Source: Thalassovita sp. (GTDB lineage: Bacteria > Pseudomonadota > Alphaproteobacteria > Rhodobacterales > Rhodobacteraceae). From it: a stretch of DNA of 64,000 nt. Positions 38,708-47,444 of this stretch are shown piece by piece. Position numbers and translations under genes: made by a program. The stretch covers positions 17,873-81,872 of the forward strand of contig JBOEGN010000002.1 in assembly GCA_050633445.1 (NCBI GenBank), written 5' to 3'. Numbering within the stretch: position 1 is the stretch's first letter; the number at the start of each line of letters is the position of its first letter. Below the pieces are notes generated by a model. That model saw only the letters and a list, made by a program, of their open reading frames with translations. It ran no database searches and was not told the origin of the DNA.

Positions 38708-39360
38708 TCCATGATGATGTGTTTTTACCGCGCGATGTACCGCTGTGGAACGAGGCGAAACCCTTTCTGGATGTGCGCAATAATGACGAGCACACGATCA
38801 TTGCCTATGCCTTGGCCAGAACCCTGCTGGCCGAAATTCCCGAGGCCGACGAGCGTATCGTATTACCCGCAATCCTGTTGCATGACGTCGGCTGGAAACG
38901 TGTCCCGCCTGAGCTGCTGCTCGAGGCTGTCGGGCGCAAACCCACACGGCCGGATCTGGTGCGGGATCATGAACTGTACGGTGTCGAGATCGCCCGCGAG
39001 ATATTGGAGCGCCACCGCCCTGACGGTGTGGATATCGATGCCGTGCTGAACATCATCGACGGCCACGACACCACCACACACGCCAAAAATATCGAGGACG
39101 CAGTGGTCAAAGACGCCGACAAGGCGTGGCGTACGACTCCGCACGGAATGCGCACGATTGGTGGCTGGTATGACGTTCCGATTAGCCAAATTCTGCTGAT
39201 GCTGTCGGAACGCTCGAACGGATACATGCTGACGGGGCCGGGGCGGGCTTTGGCCAAAGGACAGACCGAGGCCGTCAGATCAGAAATGATGATCCAAAAG
39301 TACCTGGGCCACGGCCCGGAGTTCACACAGATCATTGCCGAAGAAGGAGTTGAATGGTGA
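38704..39360 (+). CDS. HD-domain phosphohydrolase (CreD-like) #2
   Basis: NDEH..LLHDVGW..HE..IIDGHD..DADK motifs; paralog of 36655-37257. Confidence 0.88.
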   Translation: MIHDDVFLPRDVPLWNEAKPFLDVRNNDEHTIIAYALARTLLAEIPEADERIVLPAILLHDVGWKRVPPELLLEAVGRKPTRPDLVRDHELYGVEIAREILERHRPDGVDIDAVLNIIDGHDTTTHAKNIEDAVVKDADKAWRTTPHGMRTIGGWYDVPISQILLMLSERSNGYMLTGPGRALAKGQTEAVRSEMMIQKYLGHGPEFTQIIAEEGVEW

Positions 39361-40115
39361 GCGAATTGGGATTGCAGGACAAAGGCGTTATCGTCACCGG
39401 AGCCGCCGGCGGATTGGGGCGCGCCTTTGCGCAGGCCTTTGCCGGGGCAGGGGCGCGGGTGCTGGTCGCAGACGTGAATCTGACCGGTGCCGAGGAAACC
39501 GCCGCCCTTATCCGCGCCGACAAAGGGACGGCCCACGCGACCAAGGTGGACGTGACCAATACCGACAGCTGTCAAAATCTGGCGTCTGTGGCGAAAGACC
39601 AGCTAGGCTCGGTCGATGCGCTGATCAATAACGCGGCGCTTTATGGCACTCTGGACCGCAAACCTTTCGATCAGATTGACGAAACTGTCTGGGATCAGGT
39701 CATGGCGGTGAATGTCAAAGGCGTGTGGCAAATGAGCCGCGCCGTCGCTCCGCTGATGAAAGAAACGGGCGGGGCCATCGTGAATATCGCCTCGGCCACG
39801 GTATTTTCCGGCTCGCCCCAATGGATGCATTACGTCGCCTCGAAGGGCGCGGTGATCGCGATGAGCCGCGTTATGGCCAAGGAACTGGGCGTCGACAACA
39901 TCCGCGTGAACGTGATTGCCCCGGGCTTTACCCTGACAGAGGCCAGCCTGGGCCAGATCGACGATGCCAAAGGCTATGGCGTGGATCGCGCCGCCCTGAA
40001 ACGCAATGCGGAAGTCGAGGATATCACCGGCGGTGCGCTGTATCTGGCCTCGGATCTGGCGCGATTCACCACCGGGCAGACGTTGGTGATCGACGGCGGC
40101 AAACAATTCATCTGA
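39354..40115 (+). CDS. SDR oxidoreductase (CreG-like by context)
   Basis: TGAAGGLG, NNAA, YVASK and IDGG motifs. Confidence 0.93.
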   Translation: MVSELGLQDKGVIVTGAAGGLGRAFAQAFAGAGARVLVADVNLTGAEETAALIRADKGTAHATKVDVTNTDSCQNLASVAKDQLGSVDALINNAALYGTLDRKPFDQIDETVWDQVMAVNVKGVWQMSRAVAPLMKETGGAIVNIASATVFSGSPQWMHYVASKGAVIAMSRVMAKELGVDNIRVNVIAPGFTLTEASLGQIDDAKGYGVDRAALKRNAEVEDITGGALYLASDLARFTTGQTLVIDGGKQFI

Positions 40116-40131
40116 GCAGAAGGACACACAA

Positions 40132-40452
40132 ATGGTACAGGTGACATTCATCCAAGCAGACGGCACCCGCCGCGAGATCGACGCCAAAGACGGAGAGCCG
40201 TTGATGTATGCCGCGCGGGATGCGGGCGTGGACGGGATCATCGCGGAATGCGGCGGCTCGGCCATGTGCGCGACCTGCCATTGTTATGTGATCCAGGCGC
40301 CCGAAGGCAGCTTGCCCGCGCCTTTGGATGACGAGGCGGACACGATCGAATTCATGGCCAACGCGCCCGAGGCCCGCAGCCGCCTGACCTGTCAGATCAC
40401 TGCAACACCTGCGATGGCCGGAGCAATTTTCGAAGTAGCGACAGGCCGTTAG
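40132..40452 (+). CDS. 2Fe-2S ferredoxin, putidaredoxin/adrenodoxin type (CreE-like)
   Basis: CGGSAMCATCH ... SRLTCQ motif. Confidence 0.94.
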   Translation: MVQVTFIQADGTRREIDAKDGEPLMYAARDAGVDGIIAECGGSAMCATCHCYVIQAPEGSLPAPLDDEADTIEFMANAPEARSRLTCQITATPAMAGAIFEVATGR

Positions 40453-40455
40453 GGG

Positions 40456-41220
40456 CTATCGCGCCAACACGCCGCCATCCACGACCAGCGTGGTTCCGGT
40501 GACAAAATCCGATGCGGACGAGGCCAGGTAGAGCACACTGCCCTTGATCTCGGACGCGTCGGCGATCCGGCCCATGGGGGTGTAATCCTCCATGATTTTG
40601 GCGTGATCTGCATCGCGCGGGCGGGTTTCGGTGCGGAAAAAACCGGGGCACAGCGCGTTTATTTGAATGCCGTGGGGCGCGTATTCCAGCCCCAGTTCGC
40701 GCGTCAGATTGACCACCGCGCCCTTGCTGGCCGCATAGGCCGGACGCGGGAACAGACCCGCAGGTCCGGCGATTCCCCACATCGAGGCGACGTTGATCAC
40801 CTTGCCCGATCCTTGGCGTATCATCTGGCGCAAGGCCGCGCGGTTCAGGTTGGCCAAACCGGTCAGGTTGACGTCCATGACGCGGGCCCAATCGGCCTCG
40901 TCTGCCTCGTGAAACAGCTGCGCCGTGGGGTCAGAAATCCCCGCATTGGCCACCACGATGTCTAGCGCGCCAAAGCGGCTGACGGCCAGATCGACAGCGG
41001 TACTGATTCGCGCGGCGTCGGTCACGTCCCCCTCCATCGCGACCGCGCGGGACCCCAGCGCGGCGCAGGTCGCGGCCAGCGCTGCTCGGTCCCGATCAAA
41101 GCACAGCACCCGAGCGCCGTTTTCCACCAACGCCGCCGCCATTTCTCGGCCCAACCCCGAGGCCGCGCCGGTTACCAGCGCAGCCTTTCCGGTCAGGTTA
41201 AAAATGTCAGCGGCGCTCAT
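40456..41220 (-). CDS. SDR oxidoreductase
   Basis: TGAASGLG, ANAG, YAASK and VDGG motifs. Confidence 0.93.
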   Translation of the reverse strand: MSAADIFNLTGKAALVTGAASGLGREMAAALVENGARVLCFDRDRAALAATCAALGSRAVAMEGDVTDAARISTAVDLAVSRFGALDIVVANAGISDPTAQLFHEADEADWARVMDVNLTGLANLNRAALRQMIRQGSGKVINVASMWGIAGPAGLFPRPAYAASKGAVVNLTRELGLEYAPHGIQINALCPGFFRTETRPRDADHAKIMEDYTPMGRIADASEIKGSVLYLASSASDFVTGTTLVVDGGVLAR

Positions 41221-43211
41221 TTTTCCAGCCTGCTTTTTGCGAAATCCACGAACCAGTCGATGGCCTTTGGATTGCGCATTGCGTCGCGGCTGGCGACCTT
41301 GTCAATCGGCAGACCCAACAGCAATTTGCGCACCGGGACCTCCATTTTTTTGCCGGTTAGAGTCATCGGGATGTCTTGCACCTCGATCACCTCGTCGGGG
41401 ACGTGGCGGGGGCTGCGTTCTGACCTGAGCTGCGCGGAAATTTCCGCCGCCAAAGCGTGGGTTAACTCTTGTCCTTCGGCCATCTGAATGAACAACGGCA
41501 TATAGAAGGTGCCGCCGGCCTCTTCGATACAGATGATCAGGCTGTCAGCGATCTGAGGGAATTCGTCGAGCGTCCGGTAAATCTCGGCCGAGCCGATCCG
41601 CACCCCATAGCGGTTCAGCGTCGCGTCCGAGCGGCCCAGCACAAAGCTGCCGCCATGTTCGTTGAACTTCACCCGGTCGCCATGACGCCAGATGCCGGGA
41701 TAGACGTCGAAATAGCTGTCATTGTAGCGGCTGAAATCATCGTCCCCCCACAGAAACAGCGGCATCGAGGGCGCGGGCTGGCGCGAGACCAGCTCTCCGA
41801 CCTCGCCAACGACGGGTTCGCCGGTTTCGTCAAAAGCGACGGCGTCCAGACCCAGCGCGGGGGCCTGAATTTCGCCTGCGCGGGTGGGCAGCAGCGGCGA
41901 GCCCGCCAGGATGCCCGAGCAGAACTCGGTTCCGCCCGATTGCGAGGTTGCCCAGATGTCGGACTTCACATGGGTCAGCACCCAGTCGAAAACCTCGGGT
42001 GTGGCGGGGCTGCCGACCAGCATCACCGATTGCAGCGCCTTGAGGCTGAAATCCCGTTTGGGCTCAATACCTTGCTGGCGCACGATTTGCAGATAGGTCG
42101 GGCTAACTCCCACCGTCGTCGCGCGGCTCTCGTCCGCGATTTGCCACAACAGACCGGCATCAGGATAGGCCGGATGCCCGTCATACAGCACCGCTCGTCC
42201 GTTCATCAGCGGCCCCCACATCAGCGTATTCCACACCATCCAGCCGGTGGTCGAGTAGAAAAACAGCGCGCCGTCCTGCGGGATTTCGAAATGAAGCGCG
42301 GCGGATTTGTAGTGCTCCAGAACGATCCCATGATGCCCTTGCACGATGGGTTTGGGCAGGCCGGTCGTGCCGGACGAAAACAAGATCCACAGCGGATGAT
42401 CCGAGGCAACGCGTTCGTATTTGAACCCATCCACGCCAATCTCGGGGCCGCTGAGCATATAGGCCCAAGTGGCGGTCTGGCCTTGGAAACTGGGGGATTT
42501 TCGCGCTGTGGGGTGATAGTCCAGCATCACCAAATGCTCGACCGTGGGCAGCGCATCCATGATCCGTTCCAGATCGTCGATCCGGTCGAAATCCTTGCCG
42601 CCAAAGCGATAGCCATTTGTGGCAAAGACCAGCTTGGGCTTGATTTGGCTGAAGCGGTCGATCACCGTCTGGGCGCCAAATTCCGGGGCGGCACTGGACC
42701 AAGTGGCCCCAATGGCCGTGGTGGCCAGCATGGCAATCACCGCCTCGGCAATGTTGGGCATATAGGCTACGACGCGATCGCCCGGACCCAGACCCATATC
42801 CCGCATATTCTGCGCCAGACGCCGGACCGAGCGGCCAACTTCGGCCCAGCTCATCTCGGCGGACTCGCGCAATTCCGAGCTGTGATGCAGCATGGTGCGC
42901 CCTGGATCGCCGGTGAATTCGTGGCGCAGCACGTGTTCGGCATAGTTCAGCCGGGTGCCGGTAAACCAGCGGGTGCGGGGCATGGGATCGTCGGTGCGGA
43001 CTTGCTGAATCTCGCCATCATGCAGAATGTCGAAATAGTCCCACTGCGATTGCCAAAAGGCCTGAGGGTCCTCGATCGACCAGTTGAACAGCGACCAGTA
43101 ATCGGCCTGCGGCATCTGCCGTTCAGCCAGCCAGCCCATGTAGTGCGAGATATGCGATCCGGCTCGGCGCGTGTCCGAGGCCTCCCACAGGATGTCACCT
43201 TCTTCGATCAT
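41217..43211 (-). CDS. Acetoacetate-CoA ligase family enzyme (HpeE-like by context)
   Basis: FSSGTTGLPK, TGWMVWN, SGGTE, GRSDATLN and TGKK.EVP motifs. Confidence 0.92.
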   Translation of the reverse strand: MIEEGDILWEASDTRRAGSHISHYMGWLAERQMPQADYWSLFNWSIEDPQAFWQSQWDYFDILHDGEIQQVRTDDPMPRTRWFTGTRLNYAEHVLRHEFTGDPGRTMLHHSSELRESAEMSWAEVGRSVRRLAQNMRDMGLGPGDRVVAYMPNIAEAVIAMLATTAIGATWSSAAPEFGAQTVIDRFSQIKPKLVFATNGYRFGGKDFDRIDDLERIMDALPTVEHLVMLDYHPTARKSPSFQGQTATWAYMLSGPEIGVDGFKYERVASDHPLWILFSSGTTGLPKPIVQGHHGIVLEHYKSAALHFEIPQDGALFFYSTTGWMVWNTLMWGPLMNGRAVLYDGHPAYPDAGLLWQIADESRATTVGVSPTYLQIVRQQGIEPKRDFSLKALQSVMLVGSPATPEVFDWVLTHVKSDIWATSQSGGTEFCSGILAGSPLLPTRAGEIQAPALGLDAVAFDETGEPVVGEVGELVSRQPAPSMPLFLWGDDDFSRYNDSYFDVYPGIWRHGDRVKFNEHGGSFVLGRSDATLNRYGVRIGSAEIYRTLDEFPQIADSLIICIEEAGGTFYMPLFIQMAEGQELTHALAAEISAQLRSERSPRHVPDEVIEVQDIPMTLTGKKMEVPVRKLLLGLPIDKVASRDAMRNPKAIDWFVDFAKSRLEK

Positions 43212-44053
43212 GCGGGGATCCCCTTGAACCATGGTTGGTCTGTGAATTCTTCCATGCTGGACAGCACCACATGGGCGCGTTCCTCGGCCGGGAAGCTGTT
43301 GAAAAACGCTGTGTCCGCGATGCCGGTGGTTACACCTACGCAGAAAGCGCCTGCCTTGCGGCCCATGCGGATTTCCAGCTTGGGGTCATCGCCGATCACG
43401 GCCATTTCATGCGGGGGCACGCCTGTCAGCGTGGTGACGATCTCTAGCCCCGCGGTTTCGGGTTTGCCAAAGACCGTGACGGGCACATCGGTGGCGTTTT
43501 CCAGCGCCGCAGCAATGGCGCCCGAAATGCCCAGCATCCGCCCCTTGGACGAGGCGAAATAGGGCGCGACCGACCCGGCAAAGGGTTTGGCCCCATCCCA
43601 GACGGCTTGTACCACCGATTCCAACTGGGTCGCGCCGAAATCGCGGGTATAGCCCAGCAACACGGCGTCCACCTTGGGGGCATCAGGGGTCGGGTCGATC
43701 ACCTCGATCCCCGCGTCCTGAACGGGCACGCGGGTGCCGTCGCCCCCCATCACCATCACCTGCTGATAGCCCAGACGTTTCAGCGCCTGTGCGGCGACCT
43801 CGGCCGGGGTCAGGATATGGCCGGGATCAATCACGATGCCCGCATCCGCCAGCAAAGGATAGTAATGCGCGGGCGGAAAGAACGTGCCATTTGTATAGGC
43901 GACGACCTTGATCCCGGCATTGCGACAGGCCTGAAGCGCCTCGACAACGCCGGGCAGGGCAGAGAACGTGCCCTGTTCCTTGTTCATCAGCGCCAGCGTG
44001 CCGTCGATGTCGAATACCGCGGCGCGGATGGGGTGATCTGGCATCTGGCTCAT
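43208..44053 (-). CDS. HAD-IIA (NagD-like) phosphatase (HpeD/AcvF-like by context)
   Basis: FDIDGT, TN, GKP and IGDD motifs. Confidence 0.92.
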   Translation of the reverse strand: MSQMPDHPIRAAVFDIDGTLALMNKEQGTFSALPGVVEALQACRNAGIKVVAYTNGTFFPPAHYYPLLADAGIVIDPGHILTPAEVAAQALKRLGYQQVMVMGGDGTRVPVQDAGIEVIDPTPDAPKVDAVLLGYTRDFGATQLESVVQAVWDGAKPFAGSVAPYFASSKGRMLGISGAIAAALENATDVPVTVFGKPETAGLEIVTTLTGVPPHEMAVIGDDPKLEIRMGRKAGAFCVGVTTGIADTAFFNSFPAEERAHVVLSSMEEFTDQPWFKGIPA

Positions 44054-45510
44054 TCGCTTAACTCCAGTTTGAAGCCCGGTTTTTCGATCTTTACACCGCC
44101 CAGTTTCTTGCGTGCGGTTAGTTCTTGCACCAGGTCTAGGACAGGTTTCGTTTTCGGGTTATAGCCCCGGCGCGCAGGGCCGGCGGCAACCATCGCGTCC
44201 ACCTGATCGGCGGGCATGGTGGCGCGCAGCAGGAATTCCTCGTCCGAGTACCCCTTGCCGATCCGCGCGCGCAGCTCATCCAGCGAGGCCATTTTCGCCT
44301 CGGTTTGCAATTCTTTGGCGCGGGCCGAGGATTTGATCCGATCCTCGATATTGGCGTCCATCGGCATGGCGGGCGTGCCAAAACGGCCCAACACATAGCG
44401 CGTCACTTCGTCCGGGACGACCTGATAGCGTTCCTCTGAGGTCACGTTCAGCAGCGCCTGCGTGGCGACCAGCTGACTGAAGGGCGTCACCATGATGGGA
44501 TAGCCCAGCTCGGCCCGGACTTTTTCGACCTCTTTCAGGACGGCGGGCAGCAGGTGTTCGCGCTTGGTTTCCTGAAGTTGCCGGATCATTGTGCCCAGTA
44601 CGCCGCCCGGAATCTGGTGGTGGAAATAGCTACGGTCATAGTCGCCCGGACCGCGCGCCGACAGCCCCTCGGCCTGAGCCAAGGTGCTGAAATAGCTATC
44701 CATTTCCGCCACGGCCTCGTCATCCACATCGACCGTATGGCCGATGTCGCGCAGGTTGCCGATTGTGGTGCTCATGGATGGCTGGCCGGTGCCGTTGGCG
44801 GCGGAACTGGCCGAGGTGTGCAGGCTGTAGACGCCCTGATTTGCGGCCTCGAGATAGGCAAACGAGGCCAGCCCGATCGTGGTATGCGAGTGGAATTCCA
44901 GCGGAATACCCCCCATCACGGCCTTGACCGCAGGCATCAAGGTCGCCGCCCGTTCTGCTGAGATCAGCCCGCCAGGATCCTTGATATACAGCTTGTCGAA
45001 CTTTCCGGTTTCGGTCAGCGCCTTGGCCTTGTCGGCCCAATGCGCGTCGTCATGCATGGGTGACAGGGTAAAGGTCAGCGCCGCCACGATCTGCTCGCCG
45101 CCCGCCTTGCGGGTCAGGTTGGCCATGTTCAGCATCGCGGGAACGTTGTTCATCGGGTCCATCACGGCAAAGCGGCGGATTCCGTTGTTCACCAGCAGGC
45201 GAAAGGCGAACTCCATCAGCTCTTCGCTGGCGGCCTCCCAACTGATGAACCGCATGCCCGTGGTCAGAAAGGACAGCGGCGTGTTGGGCGTTGCCTCGCG
45301 GAACAGGCGCAGGCGTTCCCACGGGTCCTCTTGTTTGAAGCGCACAGCCACGGCCATGTGGGTCGAGGTGGTGAAATCGATCGCATCAAACCCCACCCGA
45401 TCCATCACCGGAGCGATCTGTTGCATCATGCCGGTGTCCAGCCCGGTTGCGCCCCAGTTCGACTGGTTGCCGTCACGGACCGTCGTGTCGAGTAATTTGA
45501 TGGTGCTCAT
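44050..45510 (-). CDS. Biotin-dependent carboxyltransferase (pyruvate carboxylase B / OadA-like)
   Basis: DTTVRDGNQS, DPWERLR, IKD, HSH, HQIPGG and GYP.MVTPFSQ motifs; no biotinyl domain. Confidence 0.92.
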   Translation of the reverse strand: MSTIKLLDTTVRDGNQSNWGATGLDTGMMQQIAPVMDRVGFDAIDFTTSTHMAVAVRFKQEDPWERLRLFREATPNTPLSFLTTGMRFISWEAASEELMEFAFRLLVNNGIRRFAVMDPMNNVPAMLNMANLTRKAGGEQIVAALTFTLSPMHDDAHWADKAKALTETGKFDKLYIKDPGGLISAERAATLMPAVKAVMGGIPLEFHSHTTIGLASFAYLEAANQGVYSLHTSASSAANGTGQPSMSTTIGNLRDIGHTVDVDDEAVAEMDSYFSTLAQAEGLSARGPGDYDRSYFHHQIPGGVLGTMIRQLQETKREHLLPAVLKEVEKVRAELGYPIMVTPFSQLVATQALLNVTSEERYQVVPDEVTRYVLGRFGTPAMPMDANIEDRIKSSARAKELQTEAKMASLDELRARIGKGYSDEEFLLRATMPADQVDAMVAAGPARRGYNPKTKPVLDLVQELTARKKLGGVKIEKPGFKLELSE

Positions 45511-46865
45511 TGGCTTTCCTCCAGCCGGGTCAGCAGGTCGGGCAGGTATCCGGTGTCCACGCCCCCCTTGCCGAAAATGTCGTCGTCCATGATCGCGGCA
45601 TGCAGCGCTGTGTTGGTTTTCACACCGTCCAGACGGATCACGCGCAAAGCGTCTTGCATCCGGGTGATCGCCTCAGACCGTGTGGGGGCCCATGTGATCA
45701 GTTTGGCAATCATGGAATCGTAATAGGGCGAGATCATCGCGCCGGGTTGCATATGGCTGTCGACCCGCAGACCGGGCATCGAGGGGAACCAGACCTGCGT
45801 CACCCGGCCGGGGCTGGGCATGAAATCATTGACGATATCCTCGGCGTTCAGGCGGCATTCGATGGCATGGCCGGTCAGGGCGATGTCGTCTTGGGTGATC
45901 TCCAACGGGTGGCCCTCGGCAATCGCGATTTGCGTCGCGATCAGGTCCAGGCCGGTGATCGCTTCGGTGACAGGGTGTTCGACCTGCACACGGGCGTTCA
46001 TTTCCAGGAAATAGAACTCCTCGCGTTCCACATCGACCAGGAATTCCACGGTGCCCAGCGAGCGATAGCCGATATGCCGCGCGAAATCGGAGGCGGCTTG
46101 CAGCACGCCCTGACGCAGTTTTTCGGGCAGTTCGGGGGCAGGGGCCTCTTCCACGACTTTCTGGTATCGCCGCTGGATTGAACAGTCTCGCTCGCCTGCG
46201 TGCAACACCGTTGTGCCGTCCGAGATTATTTGCACTTCCACATGACGCCCCACACGGACATAGCGTTCAAGGTAAACGCGCCCGTCGCCAAAGGCGGCCG
46301 CCGCTTCCGAGATGGCAAGATCCAGTTGGACGGGCAAATCCTCGGCCCGGTCAACACGTTTCATACCGCGACCACCGCCGCCTGAAACCGCCTTGATCAG
46401 CATCGGATAGCCGACGCGTTCAGACAGCTCCAGCGCCTCGGCGACCGTGTCCACCGTGCCGCCGGGCACCAGCGGCACGCCCGCGTTTTCGGCATGGGTG
46501 CGGGCGGTTAGCTTGTCGCCCACGGCCTCCAGATTGGCGGGGTCGGGGCCGATAAAGATCAGCCCTTCCTTGGCGCAAGCCTCTGCCAGCGCACGATTTT
46601 CTGACAGAAAGCCATATCCGGGGTGGATCGCATCACAGCCTGTGCCCTTAGCCGCCTGCACCACGGTTTCGACCTTCAGATAGCTTTCGGTCGCGGCGGC
46701 GGGGCCTAGACAGACGGCCCGTGTGGCCAGTTGCGCGCCCAATGTGTCACGATCCGCCTCGGACACGCCTAGAACCGTCTCGATCCCAAGGGCGCGGGCG
46801 GTGCGGATTACGCGCACGGCGATCTCGCCCCGGTTGGCGATGAGTATGCGTTTGATCGGGGTCAT
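45507..46865 (-). CDS. Biotin carboxylase subunit
   Basis: ANRGEIA, HPGYGFLSE, GGGGRGM, EMNARVQVEH and YYDSMIAK motifs. Confidence 0.96.
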   Translation of the reverse strand: MTPIKRILIANRGEIAVRVIRTARALGIETVLGVSEADRDTLGAQLATRAVCLGPAAATESYLKVETVVQAAKGTGCDAIHPGYGFLSENRALAEACAKEGLIFIGPDPANLEAVGDKLTARTHAENAGVPLVPGGTVDTVAEALELSERVGYPMLIKAVSGGGGRGMKRVDRAEDLPVQLDLAISEAAAAFGDGRVYLERYVRVGRHVEVQIISDGTTVLHAGERDCSIQRRYQKVVEEAPAPELPEKLRQGVLQAASDFARHIGYRSLGTVEFLVDVEREEFYFLEMNARVQVEHPVTEAITGLDLIATQIAIAEGHPLEITQDDIALTGHAIECRLNAEDIVNDFMPSPGRVTQVWFPSMPGLRVDSHMQPGAMISPYYDSMIAKLITWAPTRSEAITRMQDALRVIRLDGVKTNTALHAAIMDDDIFGKGGVDTGYLPDLLTRLEESQ

Positions 46866-46866
46866 G

Positions 46867-47334
46867 TCAGGACGGCTGCACGCGGATCAGGGTCTGGCCA
46901 TGCTCGACCAGCTCGCCATTGGGGGCGACGATCTGGGTCACGGTTCCGGCGACGCCCGCATGAACCTGGTTCATCAGTTTCATCACCTCGATAATGCCGA
47001 TCACGCTGTCCTCGGCCACGGTGTCCCCGACCTGTACAAAGACCGGATCACCGGGTTTGGGGGCGTGATAAAAGGTGCCCAGCAGCGGCGCGGGAACATC
47101 GCTGCCACCACCAGCCGGGGCGGGTGCCGCCGCCGCCGGCTGGGGGGCCGGGGCCGTTGTCGCCACGGGAGTAGCGGCAGGACCCTCGGGTGCAGCGGGC
47201 ACTGAGGCCACGCCTGCGCCGCGGCGACGCAGTTCCAGTTTGACGTCGCCCATTTCCAGCTTCAGCTCGTTGAAATCCGAGCCGTCGATGAGGTTGAGAA
47301 TGTGATTGATGTCGTCGCGTGTCAGCCCGCTCAT
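46867..47334 (-). CDS. Biotin carboxyl carrier protein
   Basis: Ala/Pro linker, AP..GTFY and EVMKL biotinylation motif. Confidence 0.93.
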   Translation of the reverse strand: MSGLTRDDINHILNLIDGSDFNELKLEMGDVKLELRRRGAGVASVPAAPEGPAATPVATTAPAPQPAAAAPAPAGGGSDVPAPLLGTFYHAPKPGDPVFVQVGDTVAEDSVIGIIEVMKLMNQVHAGVAGTVTQIVAPNGELVEHGQTLIRVQPS

Positions 47335-47419
47335 TGCGTGCCCTCCTCGTGCAGCGAAATGATGTTGGGGCAAGCCTAGGGGGGCAATGCGGACGAGCTC
47401 AATCTGGCATCAATGGTGA

Positions 47420-47434
47420 TTTCACTGAGTGAAA
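47420..47434. promoter_or_regulatory. Candidate IclR operator, 15-bp palindrome
   Basis: TTTCACT-G-AGTGAAA, between the IclR gene and the carboxylase operon. Confidence 0.65.
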
Positions 47435-47444
47435 CGGGGGTAAG

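Noticed and set aside
41469-43562. 697-aa plus-strand ORF
   Set aside because: Antisense shadow of the CoA ligase and HAD genes; no motifs; typical of high-GC codon bias.
44050-47334. Housekeeping acetyl-CoA or pyruvate carboxylase (accBC/pyc)
   Set aside because: No accA/accD partner; co-located with HAD and CoA ligase genes under an IclR inside accessory DNA, so no gene symbols were assigned.
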